From Octopus bimaculoides (taxonomy: Eukaryota): 59,706 nucleotides of DNA. The first letter of the stretch is position 1, and each line of letters begins with the position of its first letter. Positions 1 through 13,195 of this stretch are shown here, one piece after another. The translations under genes and the position numbers were made by a program. The notes beneath the pieces are model-generated. The model did no database searches. It worked only from the letters and a program-made list of their open reading frames with translations, and had not been told where the DNA came from. Where the stretch lies: contig NC_068990.1 of NCBI RefSeq assembly GCF_001194135.2, forward strand, positions 87,953,525 through 88,013,230, written 5' to 3'.

Positions 1-76
<76 letters not shown>

Positions 77-250
77 GTGCCTGTGCAGATGTTTGTCTGA
101 AAATAGTCAATTCTGATTCTGATATGTCATCATTTAAACAAAAAGAAATGTTGTCATAGTGTTTTCATTCCTATTGAACTGGGAATGAAAACTCCCAATG
201 TAGTTGAAAGAAAACTTCTTTATTGTAAAATAGGAAAGAATTGATAACAG

Positions 251-358
251 AAAAACTGTCCAGTCCTAATAGTGCTGCCTGAAATCAGTATTCATCCAAC
301 TTATACCAGCAAAGAAAACAGACTTAGAATGAACAAACAAGAATACAGATATACACAG
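251..358 (+). CDS. Candidate coding exon (KNCPVLIVLPEISIHPTYTSKENRLRMNKQEYRYTQ), unidentified protein
   Basis: 108 nt, open in frame 0, strong donor CAG|gtgagt at 358/359. The acceptor (ttgataacag) is weak and the start is uncertain. Confidence 0.3.
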
Positions 359-1074
359 GTGAGTTAGAGTATCAAAAACTATTGTTCTTAGACTAAGTTG
401 TCTTCCAGAACCTTCCTTTTGACGACAAATACAATAATCCAGAACGACTGGAAATAACTTTAGGCTGTCTACAAATATACAGTAAAACAGATTTTAAAAA
501 GAAAAATGAAGATGAAAAATAGTAAAGAAAACATGAAAAATAATTGTGTATATATAAATATATTCAAAAAAGACAATTAGAAAAAAAATAAATGAAAATA
601 AGTTTAAGAAAGTAAACAAGGAAAATTAAATAAATGGAATTTAATTAGTGGATAGTTAGTCATAGTAATTTTGTTAGTAAATTTTCTTTTCTTAAGTGCA
701 GGCACAAGGATATATTTTATAATTTGAAGGAGGATGGATATAGGTAAATTAAATCTAGCACAGTATACTACCTCAGTATATTACACTCAGTCAGGAGTTC
801 AAGTCTACTGCAGGAACACATCTGGGAGTTTACCTATTTTATTTTCAATGGTTTGTATACATAGACAACCAGATAGATTAAATACAATTTTACTTATCAC
901 AAATGTTTTTGTTAAGTCAACAAATACCACATACAGGAACCTGTCTTGTTATTTTATACATACTTCTTAGAGCTAGAGCCAGAAGACAGTGTTTACTATT
1001 TTAAATTTGGGCGATAAGCACCAAAAGGACAGAAGTGTTGATCCAGCTCTGCTCTATATAAACTCAACGATAGC

Positions 1075-1215
1075 ATCAGAGTTCAAATGCAGCTGACATC
1101 AACATCACCTTTCAAGGTCAGTGAAAATAAAGTACCAGTCAAGTACTGAGATGGAGGTAATCAACTAACCCCATCTCCCTTAAAAAATTGTTGGCTTTGT
1201 GCTAAAATTAGAAAG
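1075..1215 (+). mobile_element. Decayed SINE, family B
   Basis: gttcaaat...cctttca...aaataaagtaccagtcaagtactgag...gtaatcaactaacccc...ttggctttgtgc; same motif order as other copies in the window (11095-11250 in reverse). Confidence 0.6.
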
Positions 1216-1281
1216 AATTACTTTCATTATTATTATCCTGCCTTGTAAGTATTTTGGTAGAAGGAAAGTGTTAAAAGCCCA

Positions 1282-1283
<2 letters not shown>

Positions 1284-1344
<61 letters not shown>

Positions 1345-1355
1345 CATACATACAT
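1284..1355. repeat. (TACA)n microsatellite
   Basis: Direct tandem tacatacataca. Confidence 0.95.
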
Positions 1356-2344
1356 GTAGTACACATATATTCTTAATACACATATATACATGATATATTA
1401 TACAAATATATAATGTTAGCATGTACATGTGTGTGCTTGTGAGAAAGTTTACATTCTGCACTTCTCTGAAAACCAGTGGTGTCTGGTGGGCCTGAAGTTC
1501 TGTGCTTTCAAAGATCAGTGGAATAAAAATAACTTCCTCACTTGAAAAACAAGTAAGGGTTATCAACAAGCAGTACATCTGGCTGTAAAATGTAACAACA
1601 ATTCCTTAATATGTATTCATCAAATCCATGCTAATGGGAAAATGGACACAAAGATATATATATGTTCTTTTCACTTCCATTTTCTTACTTTTACTTCAGC
1701 AAATTGCACACATTCATGCACATCTATTTATTTACCTATCTACTAGTAGTCTTCAGTCTTGTGAATTACCATTTCATTACAGTCTATCTCCAAGCATAGA
1801 GATTTGTGATAAGCACAGGATTTTAAAATGTGATTTGACTTCTTTTGTTACAAATAATGAGATTTTTGATAAGGGGTCAACCGTGTTTATTTACATATTT
1901 ATTTATGAATTATTAATGAATGGAAGAAGTAAGGTGGCCAAATGGCTATCACAGCTATTGATTTCTTCTTCTTTATATCAAACCTTCATTATCTGCACAG
2001 AGGGAGGAAAATGATGCTTTGATTTATTGGAATTTATCCTAGTTTACAAATTGAATCATCATCACCATCATCGTTATTGTCTTCATCATTTGTACCACTA
2101 TCAGCATCATCATTATCTTCCCCGCCAGCATCGTCACCTTCACTACCATCAACATTTTTATCACCCCCCCCCCCACCATCATCATATTCATTATCACCTT
2201 CACAATCATCTTTGTCACCATCACATTTATCATCACTACCATTTTCCCCCATGGTTTCCACCTCCATCATCTTCACCAATGTTTTAACATCTAGTCCAAA
2301 TAAGGTTCCCATCCCCTGAATTAGACAGGTTTCCCTAACAGCAT

Positions 2345-2530
2345 GTTGCTATTTGTCATAGTCTTTGGTCTCCTTGTTTGTCAGGTCCAAATCCTGTGAT
2401 CTGGGATCTTAACTCATCACTTCTTTCCATGTCTTCCTTGTATTTGGGAATGATTTCAGTGACATCTTTGATAACTGAATAGCTAGAACACCAGACAGCT
2501 AACCATTTGTAAGTCAGTGGTTCATTTCCT
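2345..2530 (-). mobile_element. Degenerate RTE-clade LINE 3' ORF remnant
   Basis: Minus strand reads agg aag aca tgg aaa gaa gtg atg agt taa gat = RKTWKEVMS*D, resembling the GRPRKTW-EVV--DL C-terminus of RTE ORFs; interrupted by a stop. Confidence 0.5.
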
Positions 2531-2748
2531 ATCAACTCAGAATCTGTAGCCAAGATACATGACTCACAAACAGGTCTCAGTACAGATGTAGACAAGCCTG
2601 CTTGTATGGTTAAGAAGTTTGCTTTGTAACTTCATGTTTCCTGGTTTGATCCCACAGGGGACTACCTTGGGTCAGTCTCAGCCATGGATTGATTGAAATC
2701 ATAGGAATTAAATTTAATAAATAGAAGCTGTACAGAATCCTGTTGAAT

Positions 2749-2836
<88 letters not shown>

Positions 2837-3338
2837 CAATAATTTATGTTGGCAAAAGTTTTTCTTTCCTCAAGTTGATAAACTTGCTTAATAAATGTAT
2901 TCAAACAAAACAAGGTATATTGTGGTACTTATTCCACCCGAATTGCACAGATGTTCCCTTATCACTCTCGCCATCAGAAATGCGGTCAGCAAGTAATCAA
3001 TTCAATAAAAACCCATAACTAACTATGCTAAAGTTCACAAAATGTAAAATTCAAGTAAGATACTTAATAAATCACTGTCATTAGCAGATGTTCCATTATA
3101 AAAGTGACAAGTCTTCTGTTATCCTGCACTCTTAAATTTAACACCTACTTTGAATAATTGAAGGATAAGCTTCATTAAACTGATTCTTCCTAGATACATT
3201 TTGTGAAGACACGGTCTTCGATGGTGGTTCTCAAATGATCTAATGGATTAGAAGACAAACACAGTTCTATATTTAAGAGATGAGGAATTATGTACAGTAT
3301 TTACATTATTTACATTTGTCCTCATCTTGTTTGTTGTT

Positions 3339-3382
3339 AACACGTTTCGGCTGATATACCCTCCAGCCTTCATCAGGTGTCT
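3339..3382 (-). ncRNA. Minimal type I hammerhead ribozyme-like motif (Penelope-like element type), probably degenerate
   Basis: Minus strand: AGACAC-CTGATGA-A-GGCTG-gagggtatat-CAGCC-GAAAC-GTGTT. Both core boxes, a perfect 5-bp stem II and a 5-bp stem I (GACAC/GTGTT) are present; no clear cleavage triplet. Confidence 0.65.
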
Positions 3383-3430
3383 TGAGGAAACTTCGAACCT
3401 AGGTTCTCATTCCTCTAGGTATTTTTCAAT

Positions 3431-3478
<48 letters not shown>

Positions 3479-5779
3479 GGTTCAAAGCCACAAATTTACA
3501 GAGGAGGGGGAGTATAGTCAAATGAACCAACTTGTGCTTACATTATTGACCACTGAGGTAAGAAAGGCAAAATCAATCTCAATGGGATTTGAACTCAGAA
3601 TGTAAAGTAAAGCAAGTGAATACTGTAAAATGTTAACAGTATGACACTATCATTTGTCATTCCACTGGGTAAATTTTTCCCATTCACAAAATATTGTTAG
3701 TAACACTCTGAACTTTTAAGTACACTGTAGTAGAAGTTAGTTGCTATTCCTGATTGTTATTCAAATTAGTTCTCTTTATATGCCAAATCTCATGAGATTC
3801 TCAAATAGAAAAATAAAAGCAATAAAGATTTGTGCAATAAATGTCTTTCTTTCTCACAAGAATAATTTTCACAAATTTTTATCTGCATTTTGTTTGCTTC
3901 TTAAAAGTCTCTCGAGAGATAGCATATAAGGGGAAATAAACACGAAGAAATTATTTAAAATAATTTTGGAGTGTATTTAGATATTAATCTTAACTTTGAA
4001 GTTTCAGAAAGATTAACAAAGCCACTATATTTGGTCGTTTATAATCTTGAGACTTCAAATAATACATCTATTTCAAACAAATAAAACTTTAGTGTAACCA
4101 CTTTAATTTCCTGTATATGTTGCTTGGATAAATGCCAGTGTTTTATTAAGGCCCCATTTGCATTTTCCGTTATTACCTATTCCTATAAAATGATGTGTAA
4201 TTAATGGTTTCCTAAATAAACACAAAATTAGAAATTTGGGGGTAAAGGGCTTGTTAATTAAATTGACCCTAGAAGCTATCTGGTACTTTGTCAACTCCAG
4301 ATGGAAGTAAGGCAGAGTTGACTTCAGCAGGATTTGTGCTTGAAACGTAATGTTGCACAATTAATATCAACTAAAAACACCATCACCAATATCACCATGT
4401 TTTAACCATTTTTCAATGCTGGAATGGATAGGAAAAGTAACCCTTCATCTTTTTTTATTTGTCATTTCATCTTATGGTTCAGCATCCTGATATCTACCCT
4501 CAATATCTTCCATTGTTTTCCTCTTCTACAGGCACCTGCCACTGACATCACAATGTCTCCTTGTAATCTATTCACAATTCCTCTCTCCTCGGCTGATACC
4601 TTTAATGCACATCCACCCTCTCTTTCACTTCACTTCTATAATTTTTCCTTTCTGTGCAAACTTATGTTGCACAGTCAACAAATCAAATAAAAATGCATTC
4701 ATTGTAAATATCAGAATCTGAATTTCTATACAATAAGTTCAAATATATACTTTATGATAGAAAATGTGTGTGTGTGTGTGTGTGCTGTTTTCTTTTTTCT
4801 TTAATAGTAAGGCTTTGTGTGCATGAGAGAGAGAGAGGGTACCACTAAGTACGTAGCTATGAAAACAAAATACGTAATAAAAAAAAGCACCACAAATTGT
4901 GTAACATATATTATGCATGGCAGGTATGCATAGTTTAGAGAATATTGGAACAGGTAATATTTTCAAATCTCATGGCATCTACTTCCTTGACAACTAGGTG
5001 AGACATTGTAGAAATAAATGTTCTTCACAAATATACAATGATATGTTTGTAATGTATTTCATGTTAAAAACCTGTAAACTTTAGTCCACAATATCATATT
5101 TACCTTGCTGTTTTATTTCTACAGTATACAAGGTGATAAAGAGAGAAGGAATACATCCCACCCACCAGATAGCGTATGAATCTAGTGTTATCTTTTATTT
5201 GTAGCTTTTGGTTAGATTTGTTGTCAGTGTAAGAAAAAATAAATGAAACAACAATTTAATCTCCTATGTTCTTCTTACTATGTTGAATCATCTTCTTGTG
5301 GTATTTGTCTCCTCAATCAATCTTTTCTGCCACTAAAACTTTAACCACTGCTTTTCAGAACTGGCTGGCTTCCTCTATCCAGGTACTCCTGATTCACTTG
5401 TCTCTCTTCACCTCTTCATCTCATCACCCCTGTTGCATCCAACCCAACTAGGCCTGCACTAATCACTACACTGAGTCCTTCTTTCTCTAAATATCATCCT
5501 TCTGGAACTCTTTCTCTGCTCATATCTTCCCCCATGGGTGCCAACAGGCAACATAGTTGTAATAAAACATTAACAATATTAATCCCATTGGTTTCAGGTC
5601 GACACAGACATGGATATTGTTTCTTCCTCCAGACCCAGCAAAATAACAATAAATAAAAAGTGAAAATAAAGAGACAGCTGTATTGATTGTTGCTGTAGTT
5701 ATTTTGAATAGTTTTGTAGAGTTGGAGTGTTTGATTGAGACAGTTTGACATCTCTCACATACTATGTCTTCATACTCAG

Positions 5780-5869
5780 ACAGAAGAGGAGAAACAAACC
5801 TTACAACATGAAGCTGCATTTGAGGGAATGCCAGAGGGAGGGATTAATAAGTTTATTGCCAGGGATGCG
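5780..5869 (+). CDS. Candidate coding exon (TEEEKQTLQHEAAFEGMPEGGINKFIARDA)
   Basis: tgtcttcatactcag|ACA...GCG|gtataa; 90 nt, phase 0-0, purine-rich and more GC-rich than its flanks. Confidence 0.4.
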
Positions 5870-7239
5870 GTATAAATGGATAATGCAAACACTCAGTATT
5901 CAACAGTGAATTAACAGAATTGACAATGAATAAGGACCAATTTGAGGAGATAACTGAAATCATGAGACACATATATGTTCGCACGTGTGTGTGTGTGTGT
6001 GTGTGCGTGTGTAAAATATCATATATCTATTGTGTATGTATATCTGTGCATGTGTGANNNNNNNNNNGTGTGTGTGTGTGTGTGTGTGTGTGAAGCTATG
6101 TCAGCTGTTATTGTTTGGTGCCAGATAAGTCCTGATAGAGCAGAACTCTAATCAAATGTGTTCCAGTCATATGCATCCCATCTTCTTTCAGGCTTAATGT
6201 ATCTCAAACTACTTATTCAATGGTTCTTCTTCTTATAATAAAAAGGTAATAATAATAACAATAATAATAATAATAATAATAATAATGAGCTTATTGTATA
6301 CAGTGATCAGGTGCACTACAATTTGTCAGAAAAACTTAAAAGAGGTAACAGAAAGTAACCTTAAGTCGGGTAAAAAAAAAAAGACAGCAATGAAAGCTAA
6401 AAGTTGCACATTATACGGAATAAAACACAAAAAAAACTGAAAAGTTGAACAGGAAAACAGTTACAAAGAGGTAAAGATACTCTGACAAAACTGCTTCTCC
6501 ACTGATCCACCATCCTTGACACATTTCACACAATAACATACTTAATGTGTTGGTGGCCAAGTGGATAACAAGTTTAGAAATGAAAGTCCCTAGTTCAAAT
6601 GTAGTCTGGTACTGTGTAAATATTCTAGGAATAAAATACCTGAAGATGATCTGAGAGCAAACTAATCAAAATGTAGTCTTGTGATCATCATCATCAATTT
6701 ATGCATACTTCCCATGCTGGCATGGGTTAGACAAGCAATTGCAGTCCACGCTAATTCTTAATTAGGTCTGCTCTCATAGATTGATAGTCATACATCTCGT
6801 TTTCTATGACTAGATGCCTTACCTATCACAAGCCATTTTACAGATTGTGCTGACAACATACACACACACATACACACATACACACATACACACAAATATA
6901 TAAATATATTTTACACAAGCACTTGTGCATCATATCCTCAGCAAAATAAGATTAGAATCTCCACTTAACCCTATACTTTCTCTGCTTGTTTGCCAACCAC
7001 TTTGTAATGCAAGCCAAATGTATTTTCTTTTTTTGTTTTCTTTTGGTACCACAAAATGTAGATACTGAGGTGATTTTTCATATCAAATGATGAGGTTAAT
7101 AATTTGAAACTTTATGACTGTATTAACAATAACTCATCTCAGAGATTTAAGTATTTAATCCTTCTTCTTCTTCCTATCCTCTTTCTTTAGCAATCTTTCT
7201 TTTCCTCCTTTTCTCTGCCCCCTTCCAATTTCTCAATCA

Positions 7240-7294
<55 letters not shown>

Positions 7295-7438
7295 NNNNNN
7301 NNNNNNNNNNNNNNNNNNNNNNNNNNNNNNNNNNNNNNNNNNNNNNNNNNNNNNNNNNNNNNNNNNNNNNNNNNNNNNNNNNNNNNNNNNNNNNNNNNNN
7401 NNNNNNNNNNNNNNNNNNNNNNNNNNNNNNNNNNNNNN

Positions 7439-7535
<97 letters not shown>

Positions 7536-9050
7536 GTCTCTCATTGATTAATTCAAATGGTTCTGTGAATGGCAGAGTGATTGAGAGTGACAAGATCTAC
7601 AAAAGTCATTTCATATAGTTCAAGTTATGCTCCTTACCAAACTGATTTCAAATCATACTGAAGTCATCTATACAGTTCGTTCTTTTGGGACTACTCAAGA
7701 CACTTACAGTTGAGTGCTGGTGAATCTAACAGAGCATGACATCTTCTCAAATGTATTATTTGATCCGTGTTTTTTTACTTTCCAAGTACAAATCCCACCA
7801 AGATCACCTTTGTGCATCATCCTTTCCTTTCAAGGTCGATAAGACCAAAATACCAGTCAGGTATTCTATAAATAACATCTAAAATTTGAGGCCTTCTGCC
7901 TATGTTATTTTCATACAAGTTTCCATCAGAGATGGCTCAAAAAATCATTACATATAGTAAACCACTTCAGCTGATAAACATCAGCTTTTTGTTTCTTTAA
8001 AGAGGACTTCAAAAAGAAAGCAAAAAAAGAGCTGGTGCAACAAAGTTATGTAATTCAAGGCATTAGTGAAATACTTTCCATCTTTGTAGAGATGCTCGAT
8101 AAGTCATTATGCAGTAAACCACTTCAACTAATCAACATCATTTTGTGTCTGGAGAGTTTATATTGCTTACATTGCTGATTATATTTAAATCGTTTTTTTC
8201 TTCCTTAAAACATGTCACAATTACTCTGTTACTGTTTTGTTTTGTTTTTTTTTTGTTTGTATTTTTCCTGTTTTTATTTAATCATTTATATATTTTCCCA
8301 ACTGTTTTGTGTACTACATCTAACTGACATTAACCAATTCACACCAGCAAGGAGTACCAGCAATTCAGTATTAGATTTCTACATGTTCTTGCTATTTCAT
8401 TTCATTTTATTTATATTTATTTATCTATTTTCAATTACTGAACAAGGCCACTTTCTGCTTCTGTTGGCATCCATCACAAGATCTCAACTACTTACTATAA
8501 AATAATAATCACAATAAACTTGTTTGTGTGTAGTTGTTGTTGTTAATGCTGTTGTTGTTGTTGTTTTGGTTTTTATTGTATTGTTGATTACTTTATTCTC
8601 AGGATAGAGCGGTTGTTGACACTCTGCAAGGCCCACTATAAAGTATTGTATTCATGTTTAAGATAGCATGTTCTCCTTTGTTCATTGGCATCTTTTAAAC
8701 TCCTTCCAGAATAACATGTTTGGAATAAATCACCTTCTTTCTTTCTCACATCCTACATCACACACACTAAGCATTTTTACCATTGCTACCTTCTCAAGAT
8801 CCCCTCCTTGCACACATTTTTTTTTCATCCAATAATCATCTTTAATCCTATCAGCTTGGGAGGGCCTGATAAAGTCCTCTCCTCACTCACTCCTCCTATC
8901 ATATAAGAAATCTGAAATGCAGTTACTGTAAAGTTAAAGTGTTGGAGTACTCACCAGATGGTTGACTGGGGTAAACTGAAACATATTTGAAAGCAAAGTA
9001 CAATATGTAGATAATTATTTCTCGAAATCTACAATTTTTGATACTGAAGC

Positions 9051-9104
<54 letters not shown>

Positions 9105-9501
9105 NNNNNNNNNNNNNNNNNNNNNNNNNNNNNNNNNNNNNNNNNNNNNNNNNNNNNNNNNNNNNNNNNNNNNNNNNNNNNNNNNNNNNNNNNNNNNNNN
9201 NNNNNNNNNNNNNNNNNNNNNNNNNNNNNNNNNNNNNNNNNNNNNNNNNNNNNNNNNNNNNNNNNNNNNNNNNNNNNNNNNNNNNNNNNNNNNNNNNNNN
9301 NNNNNNNNNNNNNNNNNNNNNNNNNNNNNNNNNNNNNNNNNNNNNNNNNNNNNNNNNNNNNNNNNNNNNNNNNNNNNNNNNNNNNNNNNNNNNNNNNNNN
9401 NNNNNNNNNNNNNNNNNNNNNNNNNNNNNNNNNNNNNNNNNNNNNNNNNNNNNNNNNNNNNNNNNNNNNNNNNNNNNNNNNNNNNNNNNNNNNNNNNNNN
9501 N

Positions 9502-9545
<44 letters not shown>

Positions 9546-10109
9546 GAGAGAGAGAGAGGGGGGAAGAGGAGAAGGTCTCTATTATTCTGTATTTGTGTGT
9601 TCAAATCATGGGCACAGTCAAAGTGTTTAACATAGGGAAAGAATGTCCTGAAGATTTATGAATTTATGCATTAAAAGATATACCAATAGATAGTCAAATT
9701 AAAGTGAAATAACCTTAATCACCAAATAGCTGTGGATGTTACACATTTATCTTTTACATGTTCCAGGCCAAAGGCTGTAGCCATGCTGGAGCACCGCCAT
9801 TATTCATTTGTTGGGATGTTTTTTTTTTTGCGTTTTTTTTTTTCCATTTTTTGTTATTTGGCTTGAATGCTTATTGGTATTATGAGAGAAAGGAATGCCG
9901 ACATGATAGTTAATTAGCTAGATAGATAGATACATACATAGGTGAGTCTACAGATATATTAATTGATATGCAGATTGAGAGCTATATTAATAGATATACA
10001 AGTAGATATGTAACTGAACAAAACTGAAATAAAAAGAAATTAAAATAATCTCAATTGGTAAATAACTTTGACTGAGCTTTGGAGATGGCTGGACAATGAA
10101 AGATGTAAT

Positions 10110-10168
<59 letters not shown>

Positions 10169-11094
10169 ATAAACATGAATATACAAACAAATTTAATCAT
10201 TTTGATCCATCTTTTGTTTCCTTAAACTATAAAGCACTTCATATTTGTCAAACATATTAAAAGAAGGAAAATAAGCAATACCTTCTAAGATCGTTTCGAT
10301 TATATTCAAAAGTAGTTTTGATTAAATGGCAGGATTTCAAAAGAATTTTTTTGATATTGCTTGTTTGTGTTGAATATAATAACATAACGTTTTCAAATAT
10401 GCTGCCTTACACTGTGGAATTTTCACAGGTCCTGCTAGTATAGAAAAGCATTTTAGCTTGCTTGAAGCATTGTGATAAAGAAATAATATGACAAAATGGT
10501 GAAAACAGAGAGCTTCTTACAATGTGAAATAGAAACAGTTTAATGACTTTTATATATTTCAGGCACAAGAAATGTTCATCTGGTTATTAAACTTTTCCTT
10601 TTATGCATTGAAACAAGCTCTCCATCTTTGCTATTTTGCTATTTTACATCTAACCTTAATTTTCAATTCTTCAGCCAATTGTCACTTGAACTTTACAACC
10701 AAATTTACTCCAAATTCTGTTTCTTATTTTTCTTTCAATCTTTAAAAATTCCAAATTCCAAATTACCATTTCTTGCATGTGCACACACATACAAACACAC
10801 ACGCACACACACACACTCACACAATTTCAACTACTTAAATTCAAACACTATTGGCCTAGTACATCCCAAAGAAAATATTTCAAATCTGATTTCAAAGGAA
10901 GACATTCAGAAGTTATTTCCAATTTCCTGCACATCTACCTCATCAATAATCTCACACACACACAAAAAGAAATCCTTTTTTTTTTTTGTTTTTTTAGCTG
11001 AAACTGTCTTTCTGAGCTCTCATTTCAAAGAAATAAAATACTAAATAGTATAAAGTACAGTAAGTTAAAACAACATAGAAAAATTGTCTTCAAA

Positions 11095-11250
11095 TTTTGG
11101 CATAAGGCCAACAATTTGTGGGGGAGGAGGTAATCAATTGCATAGACCCCAGTACTTAACTGGTATTTATTTCATTGCCCCCCAAAAGGATGAAGGGCAA
11201 GACCAACCTTGGTCGAATTTGAACTCAGAACATAAAGCTGGACAAAATGT
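11095..11250 (-). mobile_element. SINE family B copy
   Basis: ggcataaggcc...agaccccagtacttaactggtatttatttcattg...aaaggatgaagggcaagaccaacc...gaatttgaactcagaac; the reverse complement has a B-box-like gttctgagttcaaattc and the cttcatcctttt...aaataaataccag core. Confidence 0.75.
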
Positions 11251-11504
11251 CAGGAAGCATTTTGTCTGGCAAGCTGACAATTCTGCCAGCTTGCTACCTT
11301 GCAATGTAGGAAAATAAAATTCAAAATATTTTCATAGAAATATTAAAGTATAATATTGGTACAAGGCCATATATTTGAGGGGAAGGGTAATGCCTATGAG
11401 TGATGCTATTACATTATTTTTTAGCCCTCATGTCCTTTTTTGTTATTATTGTGTAATTCAAACCACCCCCAGTTTATGCATTAATCACTATATCCAGTCC
11501 TTAC

Positions 11505-11593
11505 CTACAAGTTTTGTTGACTTAACAAAGGTTCAAGTGAAGCATTAGTGACATCAATCTTGTAGACTGTCACACTATGGTATCTACTTCTTC
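11505..11593 (-). CDS. Candidate minus-strand exon (RSRYHSVTVYKIDVTNASLEPLLSQQNL*)
   Basis: Minus strand has a T-rich tract then gtctgcag|GA...TTG TAG|gtaagg. 89 nt, with only one frame open up to a TAG at the last codon. Confidence 0.3.
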
Positions 11594-12525
11594 CTGCAGA
11601 CCCAACAAGTTAAAAAGGAAAAAAAATCAAGATATGTGAAAATCCAATGTCAGGTTGTATAGATCTGACCATGTTTGGGCAATAAAATTTTGCCTAATGG
11701 AATTGAAAATCTTCATAGATAATAAGTTAAATGACTGCTAATATATCTCAATAAAAAAAAAGACAACTTATTAATTATTATTATTTTATAAGACAACAAC
11801 TGTGTACACATAGCCTAGACTGGGTGGAGTAAAATAGTTCTGCATTGTTGTCCAGACATGATTCTGTTTTATTTTAATATGGGCAATTGAAGAACATCAA
11901 AAGGATTTGGAAAATATCACAGGATTATAATGCTGATATGCAACAATGGAAAAGTACTTTTGACTGAGTGTAACAAAAATATACTGTAAAGAAAAAATTC
12001 TCTTTTATGTAATCTATAAATATGTAACATATCCACAATATCTTATTATTGACAGTATTTTCGAATTTCGTAATGCATTGCTTATGAGAATTCTGTTAAT
12101 TGCTTTGTAATTTCAATCATTAAGGTTATGCAATTAAATGGAATTGAGTGTGTGTATATGTGTGCATGTATGTATTATACTCAACATTTTATGTCCACCT
12201 AATTTTGAGGCAATGTTTATAACGGTATGCCTTTTTAACTGCCTCTTACAACTGACAGGGATATAATGCACCCATTCCAAGACAGGGATATACCTGTCTA
12301 TGTCTATTTGATACATGACATACGACTTGGTCATATCTGTTTAGCTGGTATCTGTGAAAGATAGCTTTATAGCTCAGTGCTGTGCTAGAAACAACAGATG
12401 AAGTGACCATGGTCTCAGCTTACTTATATATTTCCTGCTTCTCTGATAACTCAACTATTTTCAGGTGTTCTAACATTTTTACAACTGATCGTACCAATAC
12501 TAAAATGAATACATAAATAATTAAG

Positions 12526-12638
12526 ATTTATATTCAAGAAGCCAGTAAGCCTCATCAAATGTTGAGAATTCAAGAAATATTTGGAACTTTAGATGAAGAA
12601 AACATTAAGACTGAATTCATCCTGAAGTTGAGAGAGAA
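12526..12638 (+). CDS. Candidate coding exon (IYIQEASKPHQMLRIQEIFGTLDEENIKTEFILKLRE)
   Basis: 37 open codons with protein-like composition ending at AA|gtgagt. The acceptor is uncertain (start 12526 or 12539). Confidence 0.4.
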
Positions 12639-12891
12639 GTGAGTTGGGCTGGAGAAAGTCAATGAAAACTATTCTAATTGAGCTTTGCTTGGTATTTGAC
12701 CTTTTGCAACATGTCTTTGAGTTCCATCTAATGTCAGCAGTGCTACCTTCTTGAAATGCTACTACTTTGCAAACATAGCAAACATCTTTTTGTTTTCAAA
12801 ATGTCAACCTTGAACTTTCTCCATACCATGACTCTCATCAATAGTTTTATCATCTTTGTAGCTGTTTAAAGGATTTACTTATATATATATC

Positions 12892-12933
<42 letters not shown>

Positions 12934-13150
12934 AACACTCATATATATATGTACAAACACACATGTATGTATATATATATACATATACAAAATACACACA
13001 CACATATAATGTTGTATAAAGTTTGTTTGTGTAAACATTGTATACATATATGCATGTGTATATACATGTATACAACCTCAGCTTCAAACAATAAATTTAT
13101 TTACTTTTTATTTGTAGCTGAGTTCATGTATATATATACACATATATACT

Positions 13151-13195
<45 letters not shown>

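Noticed and set aside
734-970. 78-aa ORF MDIGKLNLAQ...
   Set aside because: Its start overlaps a decayed SINE-like tail (aggcacaagg...atttgaaggagg), it has no splice context, and I recognise no motif.
2027-2319. His-, Ser- and Asp/Gly-rich ORFs; similar tracts at 31274-31689, 32597-33083, 49470-49740, 56984-57295, 58639-59005
   Set aside because: Cryptic (CAT/CAC/GAT/GGT)n simple sequence is open in several frames on both strands.
8954-8974. 21-nt minus-strand microexon (tttcag|TTTACCCCAGTCAACCATCTG|gtgagt)
   Set aside because: Good signals, but too short to distinguish from chance without reads.
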